From NCBI GenBank assembly GCA_964016885.1, contig OZ024744.1:91574001-91638000 (forward strand): DNA of 64,000 nt, given 5' to 3'. The notes beneath the pieces are model-generated. The model was given only the letters and a program-made list of their open reading frames with translations. It was not told the origin of the DNA and made no database searches. The stretch comes from Eledone cirrhosa. Taxonomy: Eukaryota. Below, piece after piece: positions 1 through 14,039 of this stretch; position 1 is the stretch's first letter, and each line of letters starts with the position of its first letter. The translations under genes and the position numbers were made by a program.

Positions 1-503
1 AAGAAGAAAACGAAGCGAGAGAGAGGGAGAAATAGATAGAGTGACGTAGGGGAGAGAGAAGTAGGAGGAGGAGAGAGAGAGAGGGAGAGAGATTAAAGTG
101 TTGTGGAAGAGTGGGGGTGAAATGAAAGAAGTAGATGAGCAAGACGGAAAGAGAGAGAGAGAGAAAGAGTAAAAAGATAGATTAGAAAAGTAGAAAGAGA
201 GATAATGAGAGAGAGAGGGGGGGGAGACGTTGAAGTGTTATGGGGTAAAATGAATGAAGAATAGTGAGAGCTGGAGAGAGAGAGAGATATAGATAGATGT
301 AGAGAGACATAGACAGAGAGAGAGAGATGTACAGAGAGAGAGAGAGAGAGAGAGATGTAGAGAGACGTAGTCAGAGAGAGAGAGATGTAGGAGAGATATA
401 TATAGAGAGAGAGAGAGAGAGATGTAGAGAGAGAGAGAAATATGTAGAGAGAGAGAGAGAGAGAGAGAGAGATGTAGGAGAGATGTAGGGAGAGAGAGAG
501 AGT

Positions 504-554
<51 letters not shown>

Positions 555-555
555 G
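1..555. repeat. (AG)n-rich microsatellite
   Basis: Direct reading; long GA runs. Confidence 0.9.
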
Positions 556-620
556 AGTAATGAAAGAGAGATTAAACGGTTTGGCTTGGTATGGTTTGGT
601 TTGGTTTGGTTTGGTTTCAG

Positions 621-687
621 TTATGTAAGTGATACAGTGAGATATTTTGCCTGGCAGAAATATTCCAATGTTGATGTATTGAACTAG
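621..687 (+). CDS. Candidate short terminal exon (YVSDTVRYFAWQKYSNVDVLN*)
   Basis: Unique sequence after (GGTTT)n-TTTCAG acceptor-like site, open to TAG; no family recognised. Confidence 0.25.
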
Positions 688-3626
688 TAACACAACAGGA
701 CAGGTACAGTGTGATGAAGGAGTTAGTGTGGTGAAGGAGTTGGAGTGTGGTGAAGGAGTTTGAGAAGGAGTTGATGTATTGAACTAGTAACACAACAGGA
801 CAGGTACAGTGTGATGAAGGAGTTAGTGTGGTGAAGGAGTTGGAGTGTGGTGAAGGAGTTTGAGAAGGAGTTGATGTATTGAACTAGTAACACAACAGGA
901 CAGGTACAGTGTGATGAAGGAGTTAGGGTGGTGAAGGAGTTGGAGTGTGGTGAAGGAGTTTGAGAAGGAGTTGATGTATTGAACTAGTAACACAACAGGA
1001 CAGGTACAGTGTGATGAAGGAGTTAGTGTGGTGAAGCAGTTGGAGTGTGGTGAAGGAGTTTGAGAAGGAGTTGATGTATTGAACTAGTAACACAACAGGA
1101 CAGGTACAGTGTGATGAAGGAGTTAGGGTGGTGAAGGAGTTGGAGTGTGGTGAAGGAGTTTGAGAAGGAGTTGATGTATTGAACCAGTAACACAACAGGA
1201 CAGGTAAAGTGTGATGAAGGAGTTAGGGTGGTGAAGGAGTTAGGGTGGTGAAGGAGTTAGAGGGTGATGAAGAAGTTAGTGTGGTGAAGGAGTTAGAGTG
1301 TGGTGAAGAAGTTTGAGAAGGAGTTGATGTATTGAACCAGTAACACAACAGGACAGGTAAAGTGTGATGAAGGAGTTAGGGTGGTGAAGGAGTTGGAGGG
1401 TGAAGGAGTTAGAGGGTGATGAAGGAGTTAGGGTGGTGAAGGAGTTAGAGTGTGGTGAAGAAGTTTGAGAAGGAGTTGATGTATTGAACCAGTAACACAA
1501 CAGGACAGGTAAAGTGTGATGAAGGAGTTAGGGTGGTGAAGGAGTTAGGGTGGTGAAGGAGTTAGAGGGTGATGAAGGAGTTAGTGTGGTGAAGGAGTTA
1601 GAGTGTGGTGAAGGAGTTGATGTATTGAACCAGTAACACAACAGGACAGGTAAAGTGTGATGAAGGAGTTAGGGTGGTGAAGGAGTTGGAGGGTGAAGGA
1701 GTTAGAGGGTGATGAAGAAGTTAGTGTGGTGAAGGAGTTAGAGTGTGGTGAAGAAGTTTGAGAAGGAGTTGATGTATTGAACCAGTAACACAGCAGGACA
1801 GGTAAAGTGTGATGAAGGAGTTAGGGTGGTGAAGGAGTTAGAGTGTGGTGAAGGAGTTAGAGTGTGGTGAAGAAGTTTGAGAAGGAGTTGATGTATTGAA
1901 CCAGTAACACAACAGGACAGGTAAAGTGTGATGAAGGAGTTAGGGTGGTGAAGGAGTTGGAGGGTGAAGGAGTTAGAGGGTGATGAAGGAGTTAGGGTGG
2001 TGAAGGAGTTAGAGTGTGGTGAAGAAGTTTGAGAAGGAGTTGATGTATTGAACCAGTAACACAACAGGACAGGTAAAGTGTGATGAAGGAGTTAGGGTGG
2101 TGAAGGAGTTAGGGTGGTGAAGGAGTTAGAGGGTGATGAAGGAGTTAGTGTGGTGAAGGAGTTAGAGTGTGGTGAAGGAGTTGATGTATTGAACCAGTAA
2201 CACAACAGGACAGGTAAAGTGTGATGAAGGAGTTAGGGTGGTGAAGGAGTTGGAGGGTGAAGGAGTTAGAGGGTGATGAAGAAGTTAGTGTGGTGAAGGA
2301 GTTAGAGTGTGGTGAAGAAGTTTGAGAAGGAGTTGATGTATTGAACCAGTAACACAGCAGGACAGGTAAAGTGTGATGAAGGAGTTAGGGTGGTGAAGGA
2401 GTTAGAGTGTGGTGAAGGAGTTAGAGTGTGGTGAAGAAGTTTGAGAAGGAGTTGATGTATTGAACCAGTAACACAGCAGGACAGGTAAAGTGTGATGAAG
2501 GAGTTAGGGTGGTGAAGGAGTTAGAGTGTGGTGAAGGAGTTAGAGGGTGGTGAAGAAGTTTGAGAAAGAGTTGATGTATTGAACCAGTAACACAGCAGGA
2601 CAGGTAAAGTGTGATGAAGGAGTTAGGGTGGTGAAGGAGTTAGAGTGTGGTGAAGGAGTTAGAGGGTGGTGAAGAAGTTTGAGAAGGAGTTGATGTATTG
2701 AACCAGTAACACAACAGGACAGGTACAGTGTGATGAAGGAGTTAGGGTGGTGAAGGAGTTGGACGGTGAAGGAGTTAGAGTGTGGTGAAGGAGTTAGAGT
2801 GTGGTGAAGGAGTTAGAGTGTGGTGAAGAAGTTTGAGAAGGAGTTGATGTATTGAACCAGTAACACAGCAGGACAGGTAAAGTGTGATGAAGGAGTTAGG
2901 GTGGTGAAGGAGTTAGAGTGTGGTGAAGGAGTTAGAGGGTGGTGAAGAAGTTTGAGAAGGAGTTGATGTATTGAACCAGTAACACAGCAGGACAGGTAAA
3001 GTGTGATGAAGGAGTTAGGGTGGTGAAGGAGTTAGAGTGTGGTGAAGGAGTTAGAGGGTGGTGAAGAAGTTTGAGAAGGAGTTGATGTATTGAACCAGTA
3101 ACACAACAGGACAGGTACAGTGTGATGAAGGAGTTAGGGTGGTGAAGGAGTTGGACGGTGAAGGAGTTAGAGTGTGGTGAAGGAGTTAGAGTGTGGTGAA
3201 GAAGTTTGAGAAGGAGTTGATGTATTGAACCAGTAACACAGCAGGACAGGTAAAGTGTGATGAAGGAGTTAGGGTGGTGAAGGAGTTGGAGGGTGAAGGA
3301 GTTGGAGGGTGATGAAGAAGTTAGTGTGGTGAAGGAGTTAGAGTGTGGTGAAGAAGTTTGAGAAGGAGTTGATGTATTGAACCAGTAACACAACAGGACA
3401 GGTAAAGTGTGATGAAGGAGTTAGGGTGGTGAAGGAGTTGGACGGTGAAGGAGTTAGAGTGTGGTGAAGGAGTTAGAGTGTGGTGAAGAAGTTTGAGAAG
3501 GAGTTGATGTATTGAACCAGTAACACAACAGGACAGGTAAAGTGTGATGAAGGAGTTGGAGGGTGAAGGAGTTAGAGGGTGATGAAGAAGTTAGTGTGGT
3601 GAAGGAGTTAGAGTGTGGTGAAGAGG
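671..3626. repeat. Tandem satellite, 100-bp unit growing to ~120-160 bp through 17-20 bp GTGGTGAAGGAGTT subunits
   Basis: TTGATGTATTGAAC recurs at 671, 771, 871, 971, 1071, 1171 then at variable spacing up to the gap. Confidence 0.95.
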
Positions 3627-3826
3627 NNNNNNNNNNNNNNNNNNNNNNNNNNNNNNNNNNNNNNNNNNNNNNNNNNNNNNNNNNNNNNNNNNNNNNNNNN
3701 NNNNNNNNNNNNNNNNNNNNNNNNNNNNNNNNNNNNNNNNNNNNNNNNNNNNNNNNNNNNNNNNNNNNNNNNNNNNNNNNNNNNNNNNNNNNNNNNNNNN
3801 NNNNNNNNNNNNNNNNNNNNNNNNNN
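3627..3826. other. Assembly gap (200 N)
   Basis: N run. Confidence 1.
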
Positions 3827-3959
3827 AAAAGATTGGTTCTGCAAGGTTTAAAATGACCAAGGATGGTGCCCTTACGATTCTATCAACAATTAAGGGCCCT
3901 TTACCTTTTCATTTTTTTTTTAACCTATAAGCTCAGGTTTCTGCCTGCTACTGATATCA

Positions 3960-4424
3960 TGTAGCCCAGTACAGGCTTGGACGCTGCAGGCTTCCCTTCC
4001 CAGCTCGAGCCGGTGGGGCTAGATCGAGGGGATGGCAAAAGGCCAGATGGCATGTCCATCTTTCCGTTCCGTGGTGGCAAACCCCTCGTCTGGGATGCCA
4101 CTTGCACCGACACTTTCTGCAGCCGCAACCTGGTGCACTCTGTGATTAACAGGTTCTGCTGCACGTCGGGCTGAGGGGGCCAAACTCTCCAAGTACCGGT
4201 CACTCTCCGACAGGTTTGCAGTCGTACCCTTGACAGTGGAAACTTCTGGTGTCCTGGGCCCTAGGGCTACCTCCCTACTCACCACCATAGGCGCTGAGCT
4301 GGCCAGCCGCAGGTGTGAGCCCCGCGAGCTGGAATGGCTCTTCCAGTGCGTCTCCCTTACCGTCCTCCAGGGAAACGCCTTCTCCATTCTGTCCGCCGGG
4401 GCTGTGGGGAGGCAACCGATATGA
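3960..4424 (+). mobile_element. 3' fragment of CRE-clade non-LTR retrotransposon (restriction-like endonuclease domain), frameshifted
   Basis: EPVGLDRGDGKRPDG..LVWDATC, K-Y, VETSGVLG, LQGNAFSIL motifs typical of CRE-type RLE C-termini. Confidence 0.75.
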
Positions 4425-5034
4425 TTGACTGACTTGTCATTTTATCAATCAGATACCACACCCATCCAATATACATATGTATTATTTAGAAACCTGCGTG
4501 GAGTGGTCAGTGTCTAAACTGGCTCACCCAACAGACCCTGATCTGGTCAACTCAGGTTTCTGCCTTCTTGTGGTACCATATAACCCAGTATAACCTGCTT
4601 TATGGTTGAGTGATTGGCGACTAAACAAACATCTCCACCATACCCTGGTATAATCTGGTGAGGAGGGTATGTGGAATTCCAGCAAAAAAACAAGAGCTGC
4701 TGTTAGACAGGCAAATGAACTCCCCAGAGTCAATGGCCATCCACTTCCAGCTGGAAAAGAACAGATTAAAACATACGTTTAAGGATGTTAAGTGAGGATG
4801 ATGATAGCTATCAAACATTATGGTGGTTGGTGTTCGGAAGGGCATCCAGCTATAGAAACCAAGTCAGAATACAGATCCATATGAGCAAGGCACAGTCACT
4901 GGACCTGACTTGCATCATAACATGACAACCTGTCTAAGCCGTGAAAGCATGGAAAATTATTAACCATTTTGCCAACAACCCTGAGCATCTTTTTGAATTC
5001 CATGTGTCTAACACCTGTGGGCACGATACAAAGT

Positions 5035-5185
5035 CAGAAAGCAGCACAGCTCCCATGACTTTCGGATTTTTTCATGCTCAGAGTTGGTGAAGCATGGAAC
5101 AAACTACCTGCATCAGTTGTTAGCTGTTGAGACACTGCATCCTTTAAAACCTTCCATGCTTCCTGAAATTCGCTAATGCTACACC
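5035..5185 (+). mobile_element. CR1/L2-like LINE 3' fragment
   Basis: Translates as FFMLRVGEAWNKLPASVV...ASFK, the typical C-terminal motif. Confidence 0.6.
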
Positions 5186-5294
5186 TGCTATCCCCCCTCC
5201 ACACACACACACACACACACACATGTATATCATGACTCATACACTGTTCACTTTCCCGACATTTGTACATTATTCTATGTACTATATATTTAGT

Positions 5295-5485
5295 GCAGTG
5301 GATTGGCAGTATCGGTAGAGCATCAGACACCATGCTTTGTAGCATAGAGTTATGGCCCTTTACGTTCTGAGTTCAAATCCCGTCGAGGTTGACTTTGCCT
5401 TTCATCCTTACAGGGTCAATAAAATAAAGTACCAGTAATGCACTGGGATAATTGCTGGCCTGGTGCCAAAAGTAGTAACCATTAT
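5295..5485 (+). mobile_element. tRNA-derived SINE family B
   Basis: TGGCAGTATCGG A-box-like, GAGTTCAAATCC B-box, shared body TTTCATCC..AAAATAAAGTACCAGTA. Confidence 0.8.
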
Positions 5486-5879
5486 TCTATGTACTATACA
5501 TACACCTTTGATGAGTTGTAGTGCACCTGAGCTCTGTACACAATAATTTCATTATTATTATATGATAAATAAAAGGGAAAACAAAAGGAGCTGATCAACA
5601 GCTTGAACCAAGGAAACAATATTTCCATTGATCTTTCCATTATAGTGTTTATCGGTGTGGCTCACTGACATTAGGGAGATTGCTATGTCCTTGACAAAAC
5701 TGAAGAGTTCTCCAGTTGTGTGTCACCCGTTAGGGAAGTGTCAAGTATGGTATCATTTGTGAAATAATAGGTATCATAGTGTGGTGGAACTGTAGGAGGT
5801 GAAAGCAAGTAGGTTGTTGATGTTTAGACGAATGAGTACAAGGACAAAACCAAACCCTGTGGCACTCCACAGGAGTACT

Positions 5880-7675
5880 AACAAACCACTGCAACTGTCA
5901 ACACCGCCACAGACACCACTACCACCACAGCCACTACCCTCACCACTACCACCACACCACTACCCTCACCACTACCACCACACCATTACCACCACCACCA
6001 CAGCCAATACCACTACCACCACAGCCAATAACACTACCACCACCACGACCACAACCACTACCATCACCACTACCACCACATCACTACCACCACCACCACA
6101 GCCAATACCACTACCACCACTACCACTACCATCACCACTACCACCACAGCCAATACCACTACCACCACGGCCAATACCACTACCACCACAGCCAATACCA
6201 CTACCACCACCACAACCACAACCACAGCCGCTACCACCTCAGCCACTACCACCACAACCACTACCATCATCACTACCACCACAACCACTACCACCTTAGC
6301 CACTAACACCACCACCTCAGCCACTAACATCTCAGCCACTACCACCACAGCCACTACCACTACCACCACCACAACCACAACCACAGCCGCTACCACCTCA
6401 GCCACTACCACCACAACCACTACCATCATCACTACCACCACAACCACTACCACCTCAGCCACTAACACCACCACCTCAGCCACTAACACCTCAGCCACTA
6501 CCACCACAGCCACTACCACTACCACCACCACCACCACAGCCACTACCACCACCACCACCACAGCCACTACCACCACCACCACAGCCACTATCACCACTAC
6601 CACCTCAGCCACTACCACCACCACAACCATTACTATTATTGTAAAGTTGCGATCATCATCCTCATACAACCACCACCATCTACTATCCACACCACAACCA
6701 CCAATCACCACCACTACCACCACCACCATCACCACCATCACCACCACCGCCACCACAACCATCAATCACCACCACCACCACCACCACTACGACCACCACC
6801 ACCACCACTACCACCACCACCATCAACCCCCACCATCAACCACCACCATCAACCACCACCACCACCACCATCAATCACCACCACCACCACCACCACCATC
6901 AATCACCACCACCATCAACCACCACCACTAACACCACACCACCACCACCACCACCACCACCATCAATCACCACCACCACCACCACCACAATCAATCATCA
7001 CCACCACCACCACACCACCACCACCACCACTGACATCACAAACCATAAACATGACCTAACACAATTATGACTCCCCATCCCACCACCACCACCACCACCA
7101 CCACACATCCATCTATACCATCACCACCTCAAACACCGCCACCATCACAAAACATGACCCCCACCCTCCCCACCACTCCATCAACCATATGTCTGACTCT
7201 CCACCTACCTCCTCCACAAACATGACCTCCACACCCCGACCACCCCGACCACCATAAACATAACTCCCCCACCCACTTCCACACCACCCCGCCACCACAC
7301 CACCTTCACCACAAACATGACCTCCACAGCCCCGACCACCCCGACCACCATAAACATACCTTCCCCACCCACTTCCACACCAGCCCTGCCACCACACCAC
7401 CTTCACCACAAACATGAGCTCCACACCCCGACCACCCCCCACCACAAACATAACTTCCCCACCCACTTCCACACCACCCCGCCACCACACCACCTTCACC
7501 ACAAACATGACCTCCACACCCCGACCACCCCCCACCACAAACATAACTTCCCCACCCATTTCCATCCCACCCCACCACCTCCACCACAAACATGACCCCC
7601 CTCCCACCATAAACATAACTCCCCCCACACACTTCCATCCCACCCCACCACCTCCACCACCTCCGCCACAAACAT
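5880..7675. repeat. (CCA)n-type low-complexity and minisatellite tract
   Basis: Direct reading. Confidence 0.9.
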
Positions 7676-7714
7676 GAAAGAAAGAAAATCTGAGCGTGAT
7701 GTAATGTAATAACA

Positions 7715-8141
7715 GTTTAGGCAACAAGGCCAACAATTTTTCGGGACAGGGGGAAAGTCGATTATATCGAACCTCAGTACATTACTGGTACTTTATTTTA
7801 TCGATGCCGTAAGGATGAAAGGTAAAGCTAACCTTGGTGGGATTTCCAACTCAGAACGTAAAGGGCCACAATCATATATATGCCTTAAAGCATATTGTTG
7901 GGTGCTCTACTGGTTCTACTCATCCACCATCCTTTTATTCTAAATATAATAATTGTTTCTACTTTTGGCACAAGGCCAGCAATTACCCCAGTACATTACT
8001 GGTACTTTATTTTATTGACCCCGTAAGGATGAAAGGCAAAGTTAACCTCGGCGGGATTTGAACTCAGAATGGAAAGGGCCGTAACTCTGTGCGTCAAAGC
8101 ATGGCGTCCGACCCTCTACTGATACTGCCAATCCACCGCCT

Positions 8142-8184
<43 letters not shown>

Positions 8185-8330
8185 TTGTTGATTTTTAATT
8201 TAGGCACAAGGCCAATGATTTGTTGTGGGGGAGGGGAACATCTATCAAATCAACTCCAGTACTTGACTGGTACTTTATTCTGTTCTTCCTTTCAACCACG
8301 AACGGCAAAGTTAATCTTGCCAAGATCCAC
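7715..8330 (-). mobile_element. Cluster of SINE family B copies
   Basis: Reverse-complement matches to 44491-44686. Confidence 0.75.
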
Positions 8331-8394
8331 TTCAAATTTCATCGTTGAAAGGAAGGAGAAATGGGATCGCTGACATAAGGTGACTAGTTAAGTA

Positions 8395-8440
8395 CATCAT
8401 CATCACCACCACCACCACCACCACCACCACCACCACCACC

Positions 8441-8474
<34 letters not shown>

Positions 8475-8521
8475 TCATCATCATTAGCATTATCATCATC
8501 ATCATCATCATCATCATCATT

Positions 8522-8553
<32 letters not shown>

Positions 8554-8643
8554 TATCATTATCATCAGCATCATCATCATTATCATCATCATCATTATTA
8601 TCATCATTATCATCATTATCATCAGCATCATCAGCATCATCAG

Positions 8644-8691
<48 letters not shown>

Positions 8692-9039
8692 TATCATCGT
8701 CATCATCATCATTATCATCAGCATCATCATCATCACCATTAACATCGTTAGCACAAAAAACATCATTCTCGCCATCATCATCATCATCGTCATCATCACA
8801 ACCATCATAACCATCATCACCATTATCATCATCATCATCATAACCATCAACATCACCATCACAAACATCATCGTCATCATCATCACAAACATCATCATCA
8901 TCATCGTCGTCATTACAGCCACTCCCACCGCCATCACCAACAACTACTCTACTACCATTACTACTGCCACTACCACCAATGCCAATACCATCTCCCCTGC
9001 CACCACCATCACCATTGTCATCTTCATTGTTACTATAAC

Positions 9040-9072
<33 letters not shown>

Positions 9073-9805
9073 AACCACCACTACTACCACCATCACCACC
9101 ACCAACACCACTGCAACCACCACCGCCACCACCAACACCACTGCAACCACCACTGCAACAACCACTGCAACTACAACTACCACCACCACTACCACAACCA
9201 CTACAACTACCACCACCACAACCACAACCATCACCACCATCACCACCATCACCACCACCACCTCCATCACTACAACTAGCAGCAGCAGCACCACCACTAC
9301 CACAACCATCACCACTACCACCACGACCACCACTACCACCACCACCACCACCACCACCACCACTACAACCATCACCACCACCACCACCATCACTACAACC
9401 ACCACCACCACCACCACCACAACCACCACCACCACTACAACCACCACCACCATCACTACAACCAACACCACCACCGCTGTCACTACCACCATCACTACAA
9501 CCATCACCACTACCACCTCCACAACCACCACCACCACCATCACTACAACCATCACCACTACCACCACCACTACCACCACCACCACTACCACCACCACCAC
9601 TACCACCACCACCACCACCACCACCACTACAACCACCACCACCACCATCAACACCACCACCACCATCACTACAACCATCACCACCACCACCACCACCACT
9701 ACCACCACCACTGCAACCACCACCACTACCACCACCACCACATTATATATGTCTCTCTCACTTTCACTCTCTCTCTCGCTCTCACTCTCTTTCTTTCTCT
9801 CATTC

Positions 9806-9851
<46 letters not shown>

Positions 9852-9878
9852 TCTTTCACTCTCTCTCTCTCTCTCTTT
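8395..9878. repeat. (CAT)n/(CAC)n/(CT)n compound microsatellite
   Basis: Direct reading. Confidence 0.95.
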
Positions 9879-9973
9879 ATAGCAACATGAATGGAGCTGT
9901 TATTTTTCTCTAAAAACATTTTTTTCCACTTCCACCCCCACCTGTCTCTTCAATCTATCTAATTCCTTATTCT

Positions 9974-10011
9974 TTCTTCTGATGAAGGACTAGCGTCCGA
10001 AACGTTAAGAA
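9974..10011 (+). ncRNA. Minimal type-I hammerhead ribozyme (family 1)
   Basis: TTCTT CTGATGA A GGAC-tagc-GTCC GAAA CG TT AAGAA. Confidence 0.8.
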
Positions 10012-10097
10012 CCTCTTTCTGTTATTTCAAACGTTAACCTAATATATTCCTTCCATATACTGTACCGATTGTGTTGTTATTTCTGTTAACTTTTTAC

Positions 10098-10203
<106 letters not shown>

Positions 10204-10548
10204 GAATAATCGAGTATCGAAAAATCGGCGCACGAGTTCACGATAAACAAAATTCGAGATGAGCGGCAGAGGGCTCTATAATTCAAATAAATTAGAGCTA
10301 TAACTATCGTTAAAATACCGTCACACGTAGAATATGTCTACAATCAACCAAATAACCGAAAAGTTCGATATGGAAGATTCGGGACACTCAGATATATATA
10401 TATATATACGGAAAAAATGAAACAAAATTTCATTTCTCACTCTTAGTACGGCTGTTACTTCAATATAAGTATGTATACGTATACATACTTATATATATAT
10501 ATATTAATTCAAAATATTAACAAACATAGACATTCGTGTGATCAAGTA

Positions 10549-10615
10549 TATTTTATTATACGTATTTCAGAGGTACTGAGCTAACTTCAACAGTACGTCC
10601 TCATCAGATAAAATA
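10549..10615 (-). ncRNA. Minimal type-I hammerhead ribozyme (family 2)
   Basis: Minus strand: TATTTTAT CTGATGA GGACGTACTG..CAGTACCTCT GAAA TACGTA TA ATAAAATA. Confidence 0.75.
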
Positions 10616-10747
10616 AGATGATGCATGGCATACCCTGACATAGTAGATGGTTAAGATTCAGTCATGGTAGTATTGTAAAATCTATTGTAAAACTCATTCT
10701 TTGATTTATTCATTGAACCTTGTTTAACCTTTAAATATATATATATG

Positions 10748-10853
<106 letters not shown>

Positions 10854-10907
10854 CTAGTGTGGAAGATGGACGTTAAACGAAGATGATGATGATGATGATG
10901 ATATATA

Positions 10908-10939
<32 letters not shown>

Positions 10940-11018
10940 GTTAATAAATGAAACAAATAAAACACAGGAGGCAATTTTACAGTTATATCAGGCTCACGCT
11001 TGGTGGCTGTCGAGCAGG

Positions 11019-11054
11019 TTTCAACGTTTCGGACAGAAGTCCTTCTTCGGGAAA
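11019..11054 (-). ncRNA. Hammerhead motif with CCGAAGA core variant
   Basis: Minus strand: TTTC CCGAAGA A GGAC-ttct-GTCC GAAA CG TT GAAA. Confidence 0.65.
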
Positions 11055-11164
11055 GTTCAGATAAGGGGAGAACAGATAGATGTAAGAGTAGCTTGAGAAG
11101 GTTAGGGTGGAAAATAAAAAAAAAGTGATGGACTGGATGGGGGCGGGGGTGAAAGGTCTGACAC

Positions 11165-11520
11165 ATACCTATGATGACACAGGACCGTGATCTCTGGCGC
11201 TATGGTGTAATACACAAGCCCCACCCTCCCATATGCAGGAGCTGAGGCATACAACTACTATGCACCCATACACCTCCCTTGCTATAATTGCCACACCCCT
11301 ATATCTACCTCCCCAATACCTCATGCATCCCGCCCACCCCACCCAAGTCCCCAATCCACACCATAAAGTGGTCATCCTGGAGCCACGATAAAAAGTGCCT
11401 AGTCCACACTATAAAGTGGTTAGGTAGGGGTCATGATAAAAAAGCTCCCAGTCCACACTGTAAATGTGGTTGGTGCTAGGAAGGGCATCCAGCTGTAGAA
11501 ACCAATCTAAAATCAGTTCT
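11165..11520 (+). mobile_element. RTE LINE 3' fragment with 48-bp-unit 3'UTR
   Basis: Similar to 24790-25060. Confidence 0.6.
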
Positions 11521-11534
11521 GTGTGATATATATA

Positions 11535-11690
11535 TAATTGTTTCTACATTTGGCACAAGGCCAGCAATTACCCAGTACGTTACTGGTACTTTATTTTATC
11601 GACCCCGGCGGGATTTGAACTCGGATCGTAAGGGGACGTAACTATGCCGGAAAGCATGTCTGACCCTCTACCGATACTGTCAATTTGACC
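11535..11690 (-). mobile_element. SINE family B, internally deleted
   Basis: Reverse-complement similarity to family B. Confidence 0.7.
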
Positions 11691-11766
11691 CAATTACAAG
11701 TATGAAAATAGCTCAATGTAAAATAACAAGTATACTACAGAGCTGAAATACAATGTAAATGACAAT

Positions 11767-11937
11767 CAAAGAGTGTTTAAAACATTTAATCATTTAAGTT
11801 CGTTTCATCCTAGCGCAAGGCCGGAATCATTGGAGTGTATAATAAAGATTAAACAGAAATATTATCTACTCCGATGATTCCGGCCTTTTTCTAGGATGAA
11901 ACGATTGTAAGTGATTAAATGTTTTAAACACTCTTTG
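11767..11937. repeat. Imperfect inverted repeat carrying a hammerhead-like motif (11867-11913, +)
   Basis: Arms CAAAGAGTGTTTAAAACATTTAATCA.. / ..TGATTAAATGTTTTAAACACTCTTTG; ACT CCGATGA TTCC..GGAT GAAA CGATTG TA AGT. Confidence 0.7.
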
Positions 11938-12047
11938 TATTTGTATATATATCATCATCATCAGCCTGCCCAGTCTTGATGTTCTTGACCTTTTAGTTTC
12001 TGGGATATTTACATCTCAAATGATATCAATTATTTAGAAACATCCTG

Positions 12048-12135
<88 letters not shown>

Positions 12136-12136
<1 letters not shown>

Positions 12137-12430
12137 TCCCCCACCCCCTCCCACTGCAAAGTGGTCGTGGAGGTTTCGCGATAAAAAAAGCACCCAGCCG
12201 ACACTGTAAAATGGACGTGTAGGCGCCACGGCAAAAAAGCACCCAGCACTCACTGTAAATGAGGTTAGTGTTAGGAAGGGCATCCAGCTGTAGAAATCAA
12301 GCCAGAATCAGTTCCCGTATGAGCAAGACATGGTCAGCCGACCGGACACTGCCCACAACAGGACAACCTGTCTAACCCATGCTGGCGTGGAAGAACGGAC
12401 GTAAAACGGTGATGATGATGATGATGATGA
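12136..12430 (+). mobile_element. 5'-truncated RTE 3'UTR / SINE-A-like fragment with (GAT)n tail
   Basis: Near-identical to 24885-25159. Confidence 0.8.
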
Positions 12431-12439
12431 TATAAAATA

Positions 12440-12537
12440 TTTTGTCCCCCAAAAATGTAAACACTTCAACAGCTTTCTAATAAATATTGCCTGTACATAT
12501 AATCAAAGTGTGTATACATTTTGGGGGACACCCTGTA
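12440..12537. mobile_element. Tiny Tc1/mariner-type MITE
   Basis: TGTCCCCCAAAAATGTAAACAC / GTGTATACATTTTGGGGGACACCCTGTA inverted ends; second copy at 46363-46440. Confidence 0.55.
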
Positions 12538-13366
12538 TATATGTGTGTCCAACGCATACAAGCATGGAAAAGCAGATGTAAAAACGCTGATGATGGTAAT
12601 ATATATGAGTGATGTTTATGAAAAACATTTTGATGGCCTTTTGCTATGAATTTTAACGTTGTGACCAACGTCACATACCTAGCATCAGTATAAACAGGAG
12701 GAACTATAAGTGGTTATCAAGACTACATATTTCCCCACTGGATTCTGACAGAATTCTGCATATGTTTATGAGCTGATGTGACTCATTTGCATACAGAGAG
12801 GCAGGTGGCCAGCATGAATTATAAGTTTGTGTTGGTGTTCCGACATAGTAATATACATATGAATGTATGTATTTTATTTATATAACTATATCATCATCAT
12901 CACCGTTCATCTTCCACGCTAGCATGGGTTGGGCAGGTTTATCCCACTTGAAGCAAGATTGGTCGGGTGACCGTGTCTTGTTCATATAGGACTGTTTCTA
13001 GCAGGATTTCTACAGCTGGATCTCCTAACACCAACCACATTTACAGTGTGGACTGGGAGCCTTTTTACTGTGTCTCCTATGTATATATGTATATATATGT
13101 ATATGTATTAGAGGGTGGTGGTGGTGTTGGTGGTGATGCTGGCAGTGGCGTTACTAGTGATGGTGGTGGTTTTGATGTTGGTAATGATGGTGCTGGTGGT
13201 GTTGATGGCGGTGGTGGTATTGATGATGATGATAATGATGGTGATGGTAGTGTTGGTGGGGTGTTGGTGGTGTTCCCAGATTAGAGATTTACCTTCCTCA
13301 AACAGGAAAAGTGTTATTCCATCTGGGTAATTAGTCTTGTTAAATCCATCAGTAACAAGTGAAACA

Positions 13367-13448
<82 letters not shown>

Positions 13449-13866
13449 TAACAACACACACACTTATACTGCACAAACACACACACACTTATACTACACA
13501 TATTTACAAATACCACACACAGGGAAATACCAGTTGTCAAGGTTTGACCCCCTTCCAAACCCTCTGTGGGTTCTCGGGATATGCAAACTTTGCACACCCA
13601 CCCCACACCTCCCAGGACAGGTTGGTGGCCCGTCGCCAGTTTTTGTGGCATAAAAGGGAGACTGCAATATATTTTTCGAACAGGCCCCTCTACCTAAGGC
13701 AATTACCAACAAACATATTTATATATATATATATATATTTTATATAAATATATGTGTATGTTCTTCTCACCCGTCTATTTTTCACTCCCACCCTAGTACC
13801 TTCAATATAGACATTTTTTCCAATTCCAACCCGCCCGTCCCCTCAATCTATCTTATTTCTCATTCT

Positions 13867-13904
13867 TTCTTCTGATGAAGGACTAGCGTCCGAAACGTTA
13901 AGAA
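13867..13904 (+). ncRNA. Hammerhead ribozyme family 1, copy 2 (within element ~13760-13992)
   Basis: Core identical to 9974-10011. Confidence 0.8.
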
Positions 13905-13996
13905 CCTCTTCCTGTTATATCAAGCGTTAACCTAATATATCTCGTTCATATACTGTACCGATTGTGTTGTTATTTCTGTTTACCTTTTACATACAT

Positions 13997-14039
<43 letters not shown>

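Noticed and set aside
671-3626. Hammerhead-containing satellite (TGATGAAGG in every unit)
   Set aside because: Core reads GTGATGA, with no closing stem II and no GAAA
12669-12830. Minus-strand coding exon with strong GTATGT donor
   Set aside because: All three frames contain stops
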